Assembly: GCA_020631855.1 (NCBI GenBank)
Contig: JACKGU010000001.1
Location: forward strand, 103,601-167,600
Source: Candidatus Nomurabacteria bacterium
GTDB lineage: Bacteria; Patescibacteriota; WWE3; UBA101185; UBA10185
Length of the DNA stretch: 64,000 nucleotides
Reading direction: 5' to 3'
In this document: positions 47,364-59,300 of the stretch, piece by piece
Layout of the letters: the number at the start of each line of letters is the position of its first letter
Position numbering within the stretch: position 1 is the first letter of the stretch
Notes under the pieces: generated by a model
The model's input: only the letters and a program-made list of their open reading frames with translations
What the model was told of the DNA's origin: nothing
The model's database searches: none
Translations under genes and position numbers: made by a program

Positions 47364-50300
47364 CTATTCAGATTTCAATACCCACCAGTTGAATGAAGAA
47401 TCTTCGTCTATTGTCTTTGATATGCTTACTTTGAAACTCTCGCTCTCTGTAATCTTACTAACATACAGTTGTTGTCCTTTGGTGTCTGTGGTTGGGGTTA
47501 TAAATACTATCGCATCTTTACTAATGCCCCTCACCTCTACTGTTACAGAACTTTCCCCACTCTTTATCGCGCTTTGTCCTATTGTTTCGCTATTTGAGAG
47601 ATACTTATAATCTTGCGCTGTTATGGTTTTAGCTTCAACCTCTCCCTCAATACGAACTGTTCCATCTGCTTCAAATAGAATAGCGCCGTCCATAAAATCT
47701 ATGTTTCCGGACAGATTCTTTTGGAAGTATATGGTTTGTAGTTCACATAGTTCTTCATTTAGGCTACCTGTTGCTTTGGTGTAACATGAAGGTCCAATAA
47801 CACTAAGCTCGTTTGTTAGAGACTCAAGTCTAATGCTTCCAACTTGAAGATCTTTGGTAATTGTTAAACCACCAAGTGTTGTATCTCCTGTAACTAGGAA
47901 GTTTGCATCAAGGGTCATTGTTGTAGTACTGTCTTGAGTTTGAGTAGTAAGTCCAAGAGCTTCTGCGAATCCTTTAAAGGATTCATATGTATCTTTAAGC
48001 TCTTGAATCTTGGAATCAATGTATGTGGTATCTTCAGGTGTGACTTCGATTGTATTAGTTTGAGTTAGATTGGTTTGAGTTTCCGTATCAACTTCAAGCT
48101 GTGCTAATTGTTCTTGCAGATCCTCGATCTTCTGCTCTTGTTCTTGGATACCTTTAATAAGGTAGGGGACTAGATGGTGGTATTCAATTGACCATGTGTT
48201 TGCGGGATCATCAGGTTTATCAACTACCTGCGGTAGATACTCATATACATCTTGAGCAATAAGCCCTGTTGCTCTTCCTCTATCTGCCCATTTTGTTCCT
48301 TCTTTCCAATCAAAATCAACAACTTCAAAACGATTAATTAATTCAAGTGCATTAAGATTTGATGTTTCAATATTATCTTTAAGTCTTCTATCTGATGCTG
48401 TAACGTTAATAGAAGCATTACCGATATACATAGTAGTTGAACCTGAACCATTTGACGAGTCATCAAGTAGATTAGCATCGACCGCGTTACCTATATGAAA
48501 GCCTCCTCCTGCATATACAATATCTCCGACATCTAAGAAATCTCTAAAGTAGCTATAGCCGTTTGAAACTCCAACATGAAACACTTCATCATAGATATCT
48601 CTAACCACAAAACTCTTACCTGATGTTCCTCCTGCATCAAGACGTAAATATCCATCTCCGCTACCGAAGCTTTCTGTATAGAGAGAGGTGCTCTTGCCGT
48701 AGCTGTCTTCCAGTTTAAAACTTCCAAGAACATGCAATTCGGCGCTAGGGCTAGTGGTTCCGATTCCAACGACCCCCTTTAGTAGTGTAGTAAGAATGCT
48801 GTCGTTTCCTAGTACAACGCTGTTGCTTCCGGCTCCGATAGCCCCAAATCCTATTACTACCTCATTTTCTCCGCCATCTGCTAATGCCTTAGTTTGCGAC
48901 CCGAGATACAAGGATGTAATGCTAGTTGAATTAGGACTTGCGCCGTCTGCCAAATATGTTCCTGCAAAGACCCCAATAGCGGTGTTCCAGTACCCTGTTG
49001 TGTTGTGATACAAAGAAGCTACGCCTGATGTTGTGTTGTAACTACCTGTAGTATTTTCGTATAGAGCTTGTTCCCCAAATGCGCTATTGCTTGATCCCGT
49101 AGAGTTTGTATATAAAGTTTCAAAGCCGACCCCGGCATTACTTTGTCCGGTTAAGTTAGAGTAAAGAGTTCGGTAGCCTGTAGCTATGTTTTGACCCCCC
49201 GTGCTGTTTGCTCGGAGAGCCTGGTGGCCGAGGGCAACGTTATAATATCCGTAAGTGTTTAAATATAAAGCTTCAGATCCGAATGCAATATTATAGTTTC
49301 CGGTAGTGTTTGAGGACAGCGCGTAAGCTCCAAAGGACGAGTTTTGACTGCCCGAAGTGTTTGCTTGCAAAGAGAAGTAACCAACTGCTGTGTTGTCAAT
49401 CCCTGTCGTATTTGTTGTTAACGAAAAGTATCCAACCGCTGAGTTTTGGCTTCCTGTAGTGTTTGAGTATAGAGCGTAAGATCCAAAGGAGGAGTTGTAG
49501 TTACCTCCTGTGTTTGTATATAAAGCCCCGGAACCTACAGCTGAATTTCCGTTCCCACTAACGTTTGAAAATAAAGCTTGATAACCTAAGGCTGCGTTGT
49601 CGCTGCCGGTAGTATTGTACCTTAAAGCCGTATAACCAACCCCAACATTATAGTTCCCTGTAGTGTTTGTACGAAGCGCATTGGTACCAAATGCAGAGTT
49701 ATAGCTTCCTGTTGTATTTTGTCTTAGCGTATAGGGCCCGACTGCGGTGTTGTAGCTCCCACTAGTGTTTTCATATAAAGCGAAATATCCCGCTGCTAGG
49801 TTATAGTCTCCTGTGGAGTTTGAGTACAAGGTAGAAGTGCCTAAAGCTGAGTTATAGCTTCCGGTAGTGTTTGAGTATAAGGCACTTCTTCCTATTGCAA
49901 CATTTGAGTTTCCTGTAGTGTTTGAATACAAAGCAGAATATCCAAATGCAGAGTTATAGCTCGCTGTAGTGTTTGAGTACAGTGCGCTACTCCCTACAGC
50001 AACATTAAAGCTTCCCGAAGTATTAAAGATTAGCGCGTCTCTACCGGTGGCAATATTGTCGGTTCCGACAGTATTTCTAAACAAAGCATTTGTTCCTGTC
50101 GCAATGTTATTGCTCCCGGTGGTGTTAAAATATAGGGCGGATATGCCTGAGGCAATGTTATAGTTGCCTGTAGTATTGGTGTATAAAGTAGTTCCGCCTA
50201 TGGCAATGTTGCCGGTTCCAATAGTGTTGTAATACATAGAATTGTTTCCTACAGCAACGTTGCTTCCCCCCGTAGTGTTTCTTCGGAGCGCGCTGGGACC

Positions 50301-52937
50301 AAATGCATAGTTATAACTTCCCGTTGTATTGGAAGATAAAGAGTCATTTCCTAGAGAAATATTACCTGTCCCTGTAGTGTTTGAGAATAAAGCTAGATAA
50401 CCGGCTGCAATGTTATTGCTGCCGCTTGTGTTTGAATATAGCGCGAAAGCTCCGGCGGCAATATTATAATTTCCTGTAGAGTTGGAGTATAGAGCACTAT
50501 TTCCGAATGCAGTGTTGAAACTTCCTGTAGAGTTAAAGTACAAAGCATTGTAACCCGTTGCAACGTTAGAGTTTCCTGTGGTGTTCGAGTAGAGCGCATA
50601 AGATCCGGTAGCAATATTAGCAGGACCTGAAGTATTGCTAGCCAAGGCATAGTCTCCGGTAGCAATATTATAATTTCCTGTAGAGTTAAAGTATAGAGCA
50701 TAAAATCCCGCAGCAAAGTTATAGCTTCCTGTGGTGTTTGAGTATAGAGCGTGATCTCCTGTGGCAATATTATTGGCCCCTGAAGTATTTGAATATAGAG
50801 CACTTCCTCCTACAGCAATGTTCCGATTTCCTGTAGAGTTAAAGTATAGTGCGTTGTAGCCTGCAGCAATATTGTTTCCTCCCGTAGTGTTAAAATACAA
50901 TGCGTAGTTACCTAGAACCAGGTTGTAACTCCCTGTGGTGTTGGAAGCTAGTGCATGTTTACCTAAAGCCACGTTGCTGACTCCTGTGGTGTTGTTGAAC
51001 ATAGCAAAGGGGCCAAAGGCTAAATTGTCATTACCGGTAGTGTTTGAATATAGGGCCGAGCTTCCAAAGGCTGAGTTATAGTTTCCGTTAGTGTTTGAAT
51101 ATAGGGCGGCGGCTCCTAGGGCGGAGTTATAGTTTCCGCTGTCAATATTGCTCAGGGCCCCTGCACCTACTGCTGTATTTGAGCGACCATACGTTAAAGT
51201 ACTCAGTGCGTTATAGCCCAGCCCGGTGTTATAGCTCGCAATACTAGCATCCGGAGAACCCTGTCCTAGAGTAAAATTTCCGCTATTCTCCCCTACAAAT
51301 GTGTTTTGTCCTGTATTACCTTCCCAGTGATAATTGTGGATAAAACTTGCGGACTCTTTATATATGACTCCTGTAGTAGGGGAGCTTGTATTTTCCAATA
51401 CCATTGCTCCTACTAAATCTAGCGCTTGCGCAGGGGCAATTTTTCCTATCCCCACATTACCGCTTGAGTCTATGACAAAAGGTGAAGTATCTCCCGCGGA
51501 GTCGTTCACTAAAAACGATACCCCTGTTCCTGTATTTGTAAGTGAGAACTGATTCGCTCCTGTAATAGCTATATCTGTCGAATCGTCGAGGGTCATCGCA
51601 TCTTTAAATTCAGTGAAGTCTAAGCTGTCGGGACCGACAGAGGCAGCCCCTACAGTTGTCCAGGCCAGAGTACCATTACCGTCATTTGCAAGTACATAGC
51701 TGGCGGCCCCGGCTTGTGTGGTTGGCCATGCGTAAGTAACATTATTTATTTTAATAATGTCCCCTGAGGCATTAACTTGAAATTGAGATGCTGTGCCAAC
51801 CGAAAGAGGGGACTGTGGGTTATTTGTATTTATTCCCAAGGCATGTGTTGCGCTGTTATAAAATAGATACGCTGTGTCTTGCATGAAACCGCTTCCCGAA
51901 CCAAAAATTATGCCGCCTTCATCTGCAGTAGATCCTTCTAAAAAATTTAGTTCTTCGGCGGTAGCATTTACATTTGTTCCTCCTATACTCCAGGTGCCTC
52001 CTATGGCCAAAGTTCCGTTTAAATTAAAATTATCTTCGTACGTGAAGTCTGGCACCAGATTATTACCGTCTATAATGTTGTCTGCAAGAGCATTCGCATT
52101 TAGAGTTCCAATAATGTCGCCTGTAAGTTCCAACGAGTTTTCAAGAGAGTTTTTAGAGACCGCATCTATTGCCAGCAAGCCGTTTATTGTCGATGCTCCG
52201 GTAAAGTTTATGGTTGTAGTTGAGACGCCCCCTTCAACTGTTGCCGGGCCGGTGATATTTAATGAGCTCAATATGTTTGTTGGTACATTTAGAGTAAATC
52301 TGAGTTCAGGAGATCTGGCTCTTGCGGCTAAAACCTCTGCCTCTTGTCGTTGTATTCTTTGAGTGCCTTTTTCATCTCCCCGCTTATAGTTTGCTATATA
52401 TTTTTTTATTGATAGTGCACTTTGTATATTTTTATCGGGAGTTTCGCGGCTTAGATTATTGAAATCTTTTGCAATTGTTATTGCCAACAAAGCAGCACCT
52501 ATTACAACTGAGGCCAAAATAGCTTTTTTAAATACATTGTTTTTTTGTGTTTTTGCCACTGCTCGTTTTAAGGGGCCCTGTTTAAATTTAACCTTTTTCA
52601 CAATATTTTTAGCTTCTGTTTTAGCAGTTGATTCTGTTGGTTTGCTAGCACTGCTTTCGCTAAGATTTTCTTTGGGCCTTGTATTTATGGGAACATATGC
52701 AAGGTTTTCGATCGGGTTTTTTGTCGTATTAAGTCTGTGATTTTTATAATTTATTATGTCATTGACATTAAAACGCCTGTATCCGTTAGCATCTCTGTTC
52801 TCTATGATTATTGCTTGTTCTGCTAACCTTCTTACGGTAGAGGAGGAGACCCCCAGTATTTTAGCAGCCTCCGAAACAGATAAGAGATTGTTTGATTCAG
52901 AATTGTTTGATGTGTTTTTAATATTTTGGGCAGACAT
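47364..52937 (-). CDS. Giant (1857 aa) protein with an N-terminal excisionase-type HTH, a transmembrane helix, GIGT collar motifs, about 40 copies of a 17-aa 'ALYSNTTG..N.A.G' beta-helix repeat, and a C-terminal peptidase-S74 chaperone domain
   Basis: 'LLSVSEAAKILGVSSSTVRRLAEQAIIIENRDANGYRRFNVNDII' matches HTH_17. The transmembrane helix is 'AILASVVIGAALLAITIA'. A long periodic Gly/Asn/Thr repeat array follows. The C-terminal 360 aa are identical to giant protein 1 through the 'SDRRLKDNIE' CIMCD motif. Confidence 0.75.
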   Translation of the reverse strand: MSAQNIKNTSNNSESNNLLSVSEAAKILGVSSSTVRRLAEQAIIIENRDANGYRRFNVNDIINYKNHRLNTTKNPIENLAYVPINTRPKENLSESSASKPTESTAKTEAKNIVKKVKFKQGPLKRAVAKTQKNNVFKKAILASVVIGAALLAITIAKDFNNLSRETPDKNIQSALSIKKYIANYKRGDEKGTQRIQRQEAEVLAARARSPELRFTLNVPTNILSSLNITGPATVEGGVSTTTINFTGASTINGLLAIDAVSKNSLENSLELTGDIIGTLNANALADNIIDGNNLVPDFTYEDNFNLNGTLAIGGTWSIGGTNVNATAEELNFLEGSTADEGGIIFGSGSGFMQDTAYLFYNSATHALGINTNNPQSPLSVGTASQFQVNASGDIIKINNVTYAWPTTQAGAASYVLANDGNGTLAWTTVGAASVGPDSLDFTEFKDAMTLDDSTDIAITGANQFSLTNTGTGVSFLVNDSAGDTSPFVIDSSGNVGIGKIAPAQALDLVGAMVLENTSSPTTGVIYKESASFIHNYHWEGNTGQNTFVGENSGNFTLGQGSPDASIASYNTGLGYNALSTLTYGRSNTAVGAGALSNIDSGNYNSALGAAALYSNTNGNYNSAFGSSALYSNTTGNDNLAFGPFAMFNNTTGVSNVALGKHALASNTTGSYNLVLGNYALYFNTTGGNNIAAGYNALYFNSTGNRNIAVGGSALYSNTSGANNIATGDHALYSNTTGSYNFAAGFYALYFNSTGNYNIATGDYALASNTSGPANIATGSYALYSNTTGNSNVATGYNALYFNSTGSFNTAFGNSALYSNSTGNYNIAAGAFALYSNTSGSNNIAAGYLALFSNTTGTGNISLGNDSLSSNTTGSYNYAFGPSALRRNTTGGSNVAVGNNSMYYNTIGTGNIAIGGTTLYTNTTGNYNIASGISALYFNTTGSNNIATGTNALFRNTVGTDNIATGRDALIFNTSGSFNVAVGSSALYSNTTASYNSAFGYSALYSNTTGNSNVAIGRSALYSNTTGSYNSALGTSTLYSNSTGDYNLAAGYFALYENTSGSYNTAVGPYTLRQNTTGSYNSAFGTNALRTNTTGNYNVGVGYTALRYNTTGSDNAALGYQALFSNVSGNGNSAVGSGALYTNTGGNYNSSFGSYALYSNTTGSQNSAVGYFSLTTNTTGIDNTAVGYFSLQANTSGSQNSSFGAYALSSNTTGNYNIAFGSEALYLNTYGYYNVALGHQALRANSTGGQNIATGYRTLYSNLTGQSNAGVGFETLYTNSTGSSNSAFGEQALYENTTGSYNTTSGVASLYHNTTGYWNTAIGVFAGTYLADGASPNSTSITSLYLGSQTKALADGGENEVVIGFGAIGAGSNSVVLGNDSILTTLLKGVVGIGTTSPSAELHVLGSFKLEDSYGKSTSLYTESFGSGDGYLRLDAGGTSGKSFVVRDIYDEVFHVGVSNGYSYFRDFLDVGDIVYAGGGFHIGNAVDANLLDDSSNGSGSTTMYIGNASINVTASDRRLKDNIETSNLNALELINRFEVVDFDWKEGTKWADRGRATGLIAQDVYEYLPQVVDKPDDPANTWSIEYHHLVPYLIKGIQEQEQKIEDLQEQLAQLEVDTETQTNLTQTNTIEVTPEDTTYIDSKIQELKDTYESFKGFAEALGLTTQTQDSTTTMTLDANFLVTGDTTLGGLTITKDLQVGSIRLESLTNELSVIGPSCYTKATGSLNEELCELQTIYFQKNLSGNIDFMDGAILFEADGTVRIEGEVEAKTITAQDYKYLSNSETIGQSAIKSGESSVTVEVRGISKDAIVFITPTTDTKGQQLYVSKITESESFKVSISKTIDEDSSFNWWVLKSE

Positions 52938-53077
52938 AAAACTTTATCAAATACCGCTATGTAGCAATTTGATAACCAATCTAATAATAAGTAAATAATA
53001 GTTCGATGTCAAATGATTATATCTGTCAAAAAGGTCAAGTTATTGACTTGTGATGCCTGTTTGCGTATGCTTTTTAT

Positions 53078-53932
53078 ATGCAGGTTCTGCCCGGAAACTT
53101 TGATTTTTTTTCAAGTTTAATATCCAATTCGAAAAGTAGCTTATTTCGTATTATATTACAGTATTTCATAGTATCTCTTATCTATTTTATTTCTACATAC
53201 AGTGTCATATACTCGCAAACAGTTTTGGATAATGGGGTAGGTATTTCAGTGGAAGTTCCTTACAGCAGTATTCAGGGATCTTTTCCCGATCCGGGATCGA
53301 TCGTTAGCTTTCGAGACGGTTTGTATTCGTTGTCAAGCGCTGAATATGATAGTAATGTCATAGGTGTAATACCTTCCGATTCTGTTATTACGATTAACGA
53401 TGATTCTTTATCAAGCAGCATTTTTGTCATGACAAGCGGTGAAACTTTCATAAAAGTATCTGGTGCGGGTGGAAATATTTTAGAGGGAGATTATATAACA
53501 TCTTCGGATGTTTCGGGTGTGGGCAAGAAGGCAGAGACAAGCGGGCAGGTGGTTGGTATCGCCTTAGAAAGTCATGATTTCGCATCTACGGAAGAGGTGT
53601 ACGATTTATATTCTTATGTAACTATCCGCTCTGTGTATTTCGATGATGCCCTAAAAGTAAATTTAATGGAGCTTTTACAAAATGGTTTTAGAGTTCCGTA
53701 TTTAACTCCCTTAACAACCTTAAGATATATTCTTGCCTCTTTAATAGCCGTTTTTTCTTTTATAGGTGGTTTGAGGCTGTTTGGTAAAACATCAACTAAC
53801 AGCATTGAGGCTTTAGGGAGAAATCCTTTGGCAAGTAGCGTTATTAGGTCTACCGTAGTTTTTAACTTTATACTGACCGCAGCAATCATATTAGCAGGTT
53901 TATCGATTTCTTATTTAATTTTAGTATTATAA
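53078..53932 (+). CDS. Membrane protein at the atpB/atpE position. Its C-terminal two-helix hairpin resembles an F0 c-subunit (loop 'ALGRNPL', compare ARQPE) and also carries 'GLRLFGK' (compare the a-subunit stator motif LRLFGN), but no carboxylate is present
   Basis: The genomic position is immediately upstream of atpF-H-A-G-D-C. Hand alignment to the E. coli and PS3 c-subunits places Ala/Thr where the essential Asp/Glu sits. A possible internal start at ATG 53666 would give an 89-aa hairpin protein. Confidence 0.35.
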   Translation: MQVLPGNFDFFSSLISNSKSSLFRIILQYFIVSLIYFISTYSVIYSQTVLDNGVGISVEVPYSSIQGSFPDPGSIVSFRDGLYSLSSAEYDSNVIGVIPSDSVITINDDSLSSSIFVMTSGETFIKVSGAGGNILEGDYITSSDVSGVGKKAETSGQVVGIALESHDFASTEEVYDLYSYVTIRSVYFDDALKVNLMELLQNGFRVPYLTPLTTLRYILASLIAVFSFIGGLRLFGKTSTNSIEALGRNPLASSVIRSTVVFNFILTAAIILAGLSISYLILVL

Positions 53933-53936
53933 GAGT

Positions 53937-54671
53937 ATGCCCATTTATACTTTGATACAAAATAATAATATCTGGATCCTATTTGTTTTTGAAATTATTA
54001 TTCTTTGTTTATTCTTTTCAATAATATACAAGGCTATAAAATTTTTATTAGTCAGGGCCGAGCTGTTTGGTTCGTCTGATTTAGAGAAAAGTTTAAGTTA
54101 CGATAAAGCCTCTAAAATTATTGAATACGCTCAGCGACGGGCTATAAAAATTTTAGCCAGGGCTAGTATTGACGCCGAAAAGAAATTGCGCGGAGCTACG
54201 AAAGTTAATAAAGATCTCCAGGAAGAGCTTTTCCAGAATTTAAATAGGGTTTATGTAAGTCATATAAAAGAGTTTGAAGGGCTGTCTGAATCTTTGCTGT
54301 TGAATTACAAAGCCGTACTGCAGAGGGAATCTGCGGTTGGAGCCCAGGTATTAGAGGAGATGGGTGCTAGTGTTGAGGAGATGGTTAAAGCCGAAGGTAA
54401 AGAATTTAGAAAAAATCTGGAAAGCCGAACTTTGTTGGCCGAGGAGAAGTTATCCAATGAAATTGACGAAGAATATAAAAAAGTTAAAAAAGAAATCGAA
54501 TTATATAAGGAAAGTCGTCTAAAGGAGGTGGAAGAGAAAGTTAATGCTCTCCTATATTCCATAATTAGTCAGTATATTAGTAAAGATATATCTGTAACCA
54601 TTCATGAGGAGTTAGTAAAAGCTCATTTTGATCGTTTAGTTCAAGAGTTACAACTAAAGAAAAAAGTATGA
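53937..54671 (+). CDS. atpF: F0 subunit b-like (N-terminal transmembrane helix plus long charged coiled coil)
   Basis: The call rests on architecture and on position between the c-like gene and delta. Confidence 0.5.
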   Translation: MPIYTLIQNNNIWILFVFEIIILCLFFSIIYKAIKFLLVRAELFGSSDLEKSLSYDKASKIIEYAQRRAIKILARASIDAEKKLRGATKVNKDLQEELFQNLNRVYVSHIKEFEGLSESLLLNYKAVLQRESAVGAQVLEEMGASVEEMVKAEGKEFRKNLESRTLLAEEKLSNEIDEEYKKVKKEIELYKESRLKEVEEKVNALLYSIISQYISKDISVTIHEELVKAHFDRLVQELQLKKKV

Positions 54672-55126
54672 AAATCCCGTCTATTTATACAAAAGAAACA
54701 TTAGATCAAATAGTTTTTGATCTCTCTTCTTTAAGACTTTCTTACAACCCAAATGATGAAAAAGGGTTTAAGCAGAAGTTGTTAACTAAGTTTTCAAGCC
54801 AATCAGCTGCGTTTTTTTTGGAAGTTTTGGAAAATGTTCCCTTCGAGGATATTCCGAAAATATTGGATGAATTTGAAAAGTTCCTTGGTTCTCTTCGTGT
54901 AGTAACTTTGGTTTTAGCATTTGCCCCGCGTCCCGAGTTTATACAGGAGATTCATAACCGTGTTTCTAAAATTGTGCCGGAGGCTTGTGTATTGGATATA
55001 GTTGTTGATGGTGCCGTGGTAGGAGGTTTTTCCATAGATTTTTCGGGCAAGTTTTTCGATTTTACCCTTGCTCAAGATCTTATCAAGAGAGATCTATCGG
55101 AAGAGCTCAAGTCTTGTAGCCCATGA
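54668..55126 (+). CDS. atpH: F1 delta (OSCP) subunit-like
   Basis: The C-terminal 'LDIVVDGAVVGGFSIDFSGKFFDFTLAQDL' is a delta-like motif. The gene sits immediately before atpA. Confidence 0.55.
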   Translation: MKIPSIYTKETLDQIVFDLSSLRLSYNPNDEKGFKQKLLTKFSSQSAAFFLEVLENVPFEDIPKILDEFEKFLGSLRVVTLVLAFAPRPEFIQEIHNRVSKIVPEACVLDIVVDGAVVGGFSIDFSGKFFDFTLAQDLIKRDLSEELKSCSP

Positions 55127-56588
55127 AAAATTATAATTTTTATCTAAAAGAATATGGCGAAATAGGTCATGTGGAAAAGATTGTTACACCTATTGTTGAA
55201 GTTGCAGGTTTGCCTTCTTGTACTATAAGTGAGATGGTTGTTTTTGAAGACGGCTCTTTAGGAGAGGTTATTGCGGTAGATCAAGAAAAGGCAACCGTAC
55301 TTTTATATGAGCATCGTAATTTGGACGTAGGTCAGAGAGTCGCTAGGACCGGCTCCGGGCCGACCGTAAAATATTCAGAAAGCCTTTTTGGTAGCATGGT
55401 TGACTCGTTTGGAGATGAAATTGCATTAAGCACAAAAAGCAAAAGTTTAGAAAGCGATTATGTTGATTTGCAAATTTACACTTCAGCTTCTGATATATCC
55501 ACCCGAAGTGTTGTTTCTGAGCCATTTATTACTGGGGTTACGCTTATAGATTTGATGACGCCTCTGGGACGAGGTCAAAGGGAGTTACTAATTGGAGATA
55601 GAAAAACAGGTAAAACCTCTTTTGCATTGCAACTACTTCTTGCGCAAAAAGACAAAGAGTCGGTTAATATATATGCTTGTATAGGAAAAAATAAGTCAGA
55701 GGTTCAGTACGTAAAAGATTTTTTGATTAAAAACGATCTGCTCAAAAAAACAATAATTGTCGCCTCTTTTTCTACTTCAGCAGTAGGTAAAATATATTCT
55801 ACTCCTTACGCTGCAATGAGTATTGCAGAAAAACTCTCCAAAGAAGGAAAAAACGTCGTTCTGGTGCTGGATGACATGTTAAGCCATGCTAAATACTACA
55901 GAGAGATAAGCTTGCTGGCTAATATTTTTCCGGGTAGAGATTCTTATCCGGGAGATATGTTTTACGTTCACGCCAGGCTTTTAGAAAGGGCAGGTAATTT
56001 TAACAACGGCACATCGATTACGTGCTTTCCAATAGTTTCTACTGCAAACGATGAACTTTCCGGTTATATTGAGACAAACCTTATGTCAATGACTGACGGA
56101 CATCTCTTTTTTGATAGGGGCAGGTTTTACGAAGGTTTGCGTCCGGCTGTGGATCCTCTATTGTCAGTAACACGAGTTGGGAGACAGACTCAAAATTCTT
56201 TGAGGTGGGCTATAAATAGAGAATTAAACAGTTTTTTTGTGTTACACAAAAAAACAGGGGCCTTTATTCATTTTGGAGCCGAAGTTAGCGAAGGTGTAAA
56301 AGCTACTATTGGAATGGGGGACCGTTTGAATATTTTGTTTGCACAGCCCGCCCAGGAATCATACACGCTAGAACTACAAATGCTAATGCTTGTTCTTGTT
56401 TGGAGTAATTATTTAAGCAATATTTCCGGAAACGATGCTCTTAAAAAGAGACTTATTGAAATAAAAGAGTTTTATGAGAGCGATAAAAATTTTCAAAATA
56501 TAGTTTTGGCAGCAGTTGCTGAATCGAAAAACTTTAATGAATTAATAAGGAATATAATTGGTGCAGTTGCCAAGTTTGGAATAAAATA

Positions 56589-56589
<1 letters not shown>
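55123..56589 (+). CDS. atpA: F1 ATP synthase alpha subunit
   Basis: 'GRGQRELLIGDRKTGKTS' (Walker A) and 'PGRDSYPGDMFYVHARLLERAG' are present. Confidence 0.9.
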
Positions 56590-59232
<2,643 letters not shown>

Positions 59233-59249
59233 GGTAAGTAAGTATCTCC

Positions 59250-59300
59250 TTACGGGCCCTGCTTTAGCTATATTATAGCTGAATCTGTACCGAGGGCCCC
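59250..59300. terminator. Nested palindrome (GGGCCC...TAGCTATATTATAGCTG...GGGCCC) between convergent atpC and rplA; a bidirectional terminator candidate
   Basis: The inverted repeats are seen directly. The outer stem overlaps the last codons of rplA. Confidence 0.4.

Noticed and set aside
38523-52740. Multiple 60-160 aa ORFs on the + strand inside the giant fibre genes (for example 38523-38927, 39438-39881, 50393-50803, 51874-52362, 52459-52740)
   Set aside because: They are antisense to long, clearly coding repeat arrays. The low-complexity codon periodicity keeps reverse frames open. No independent signals are present.
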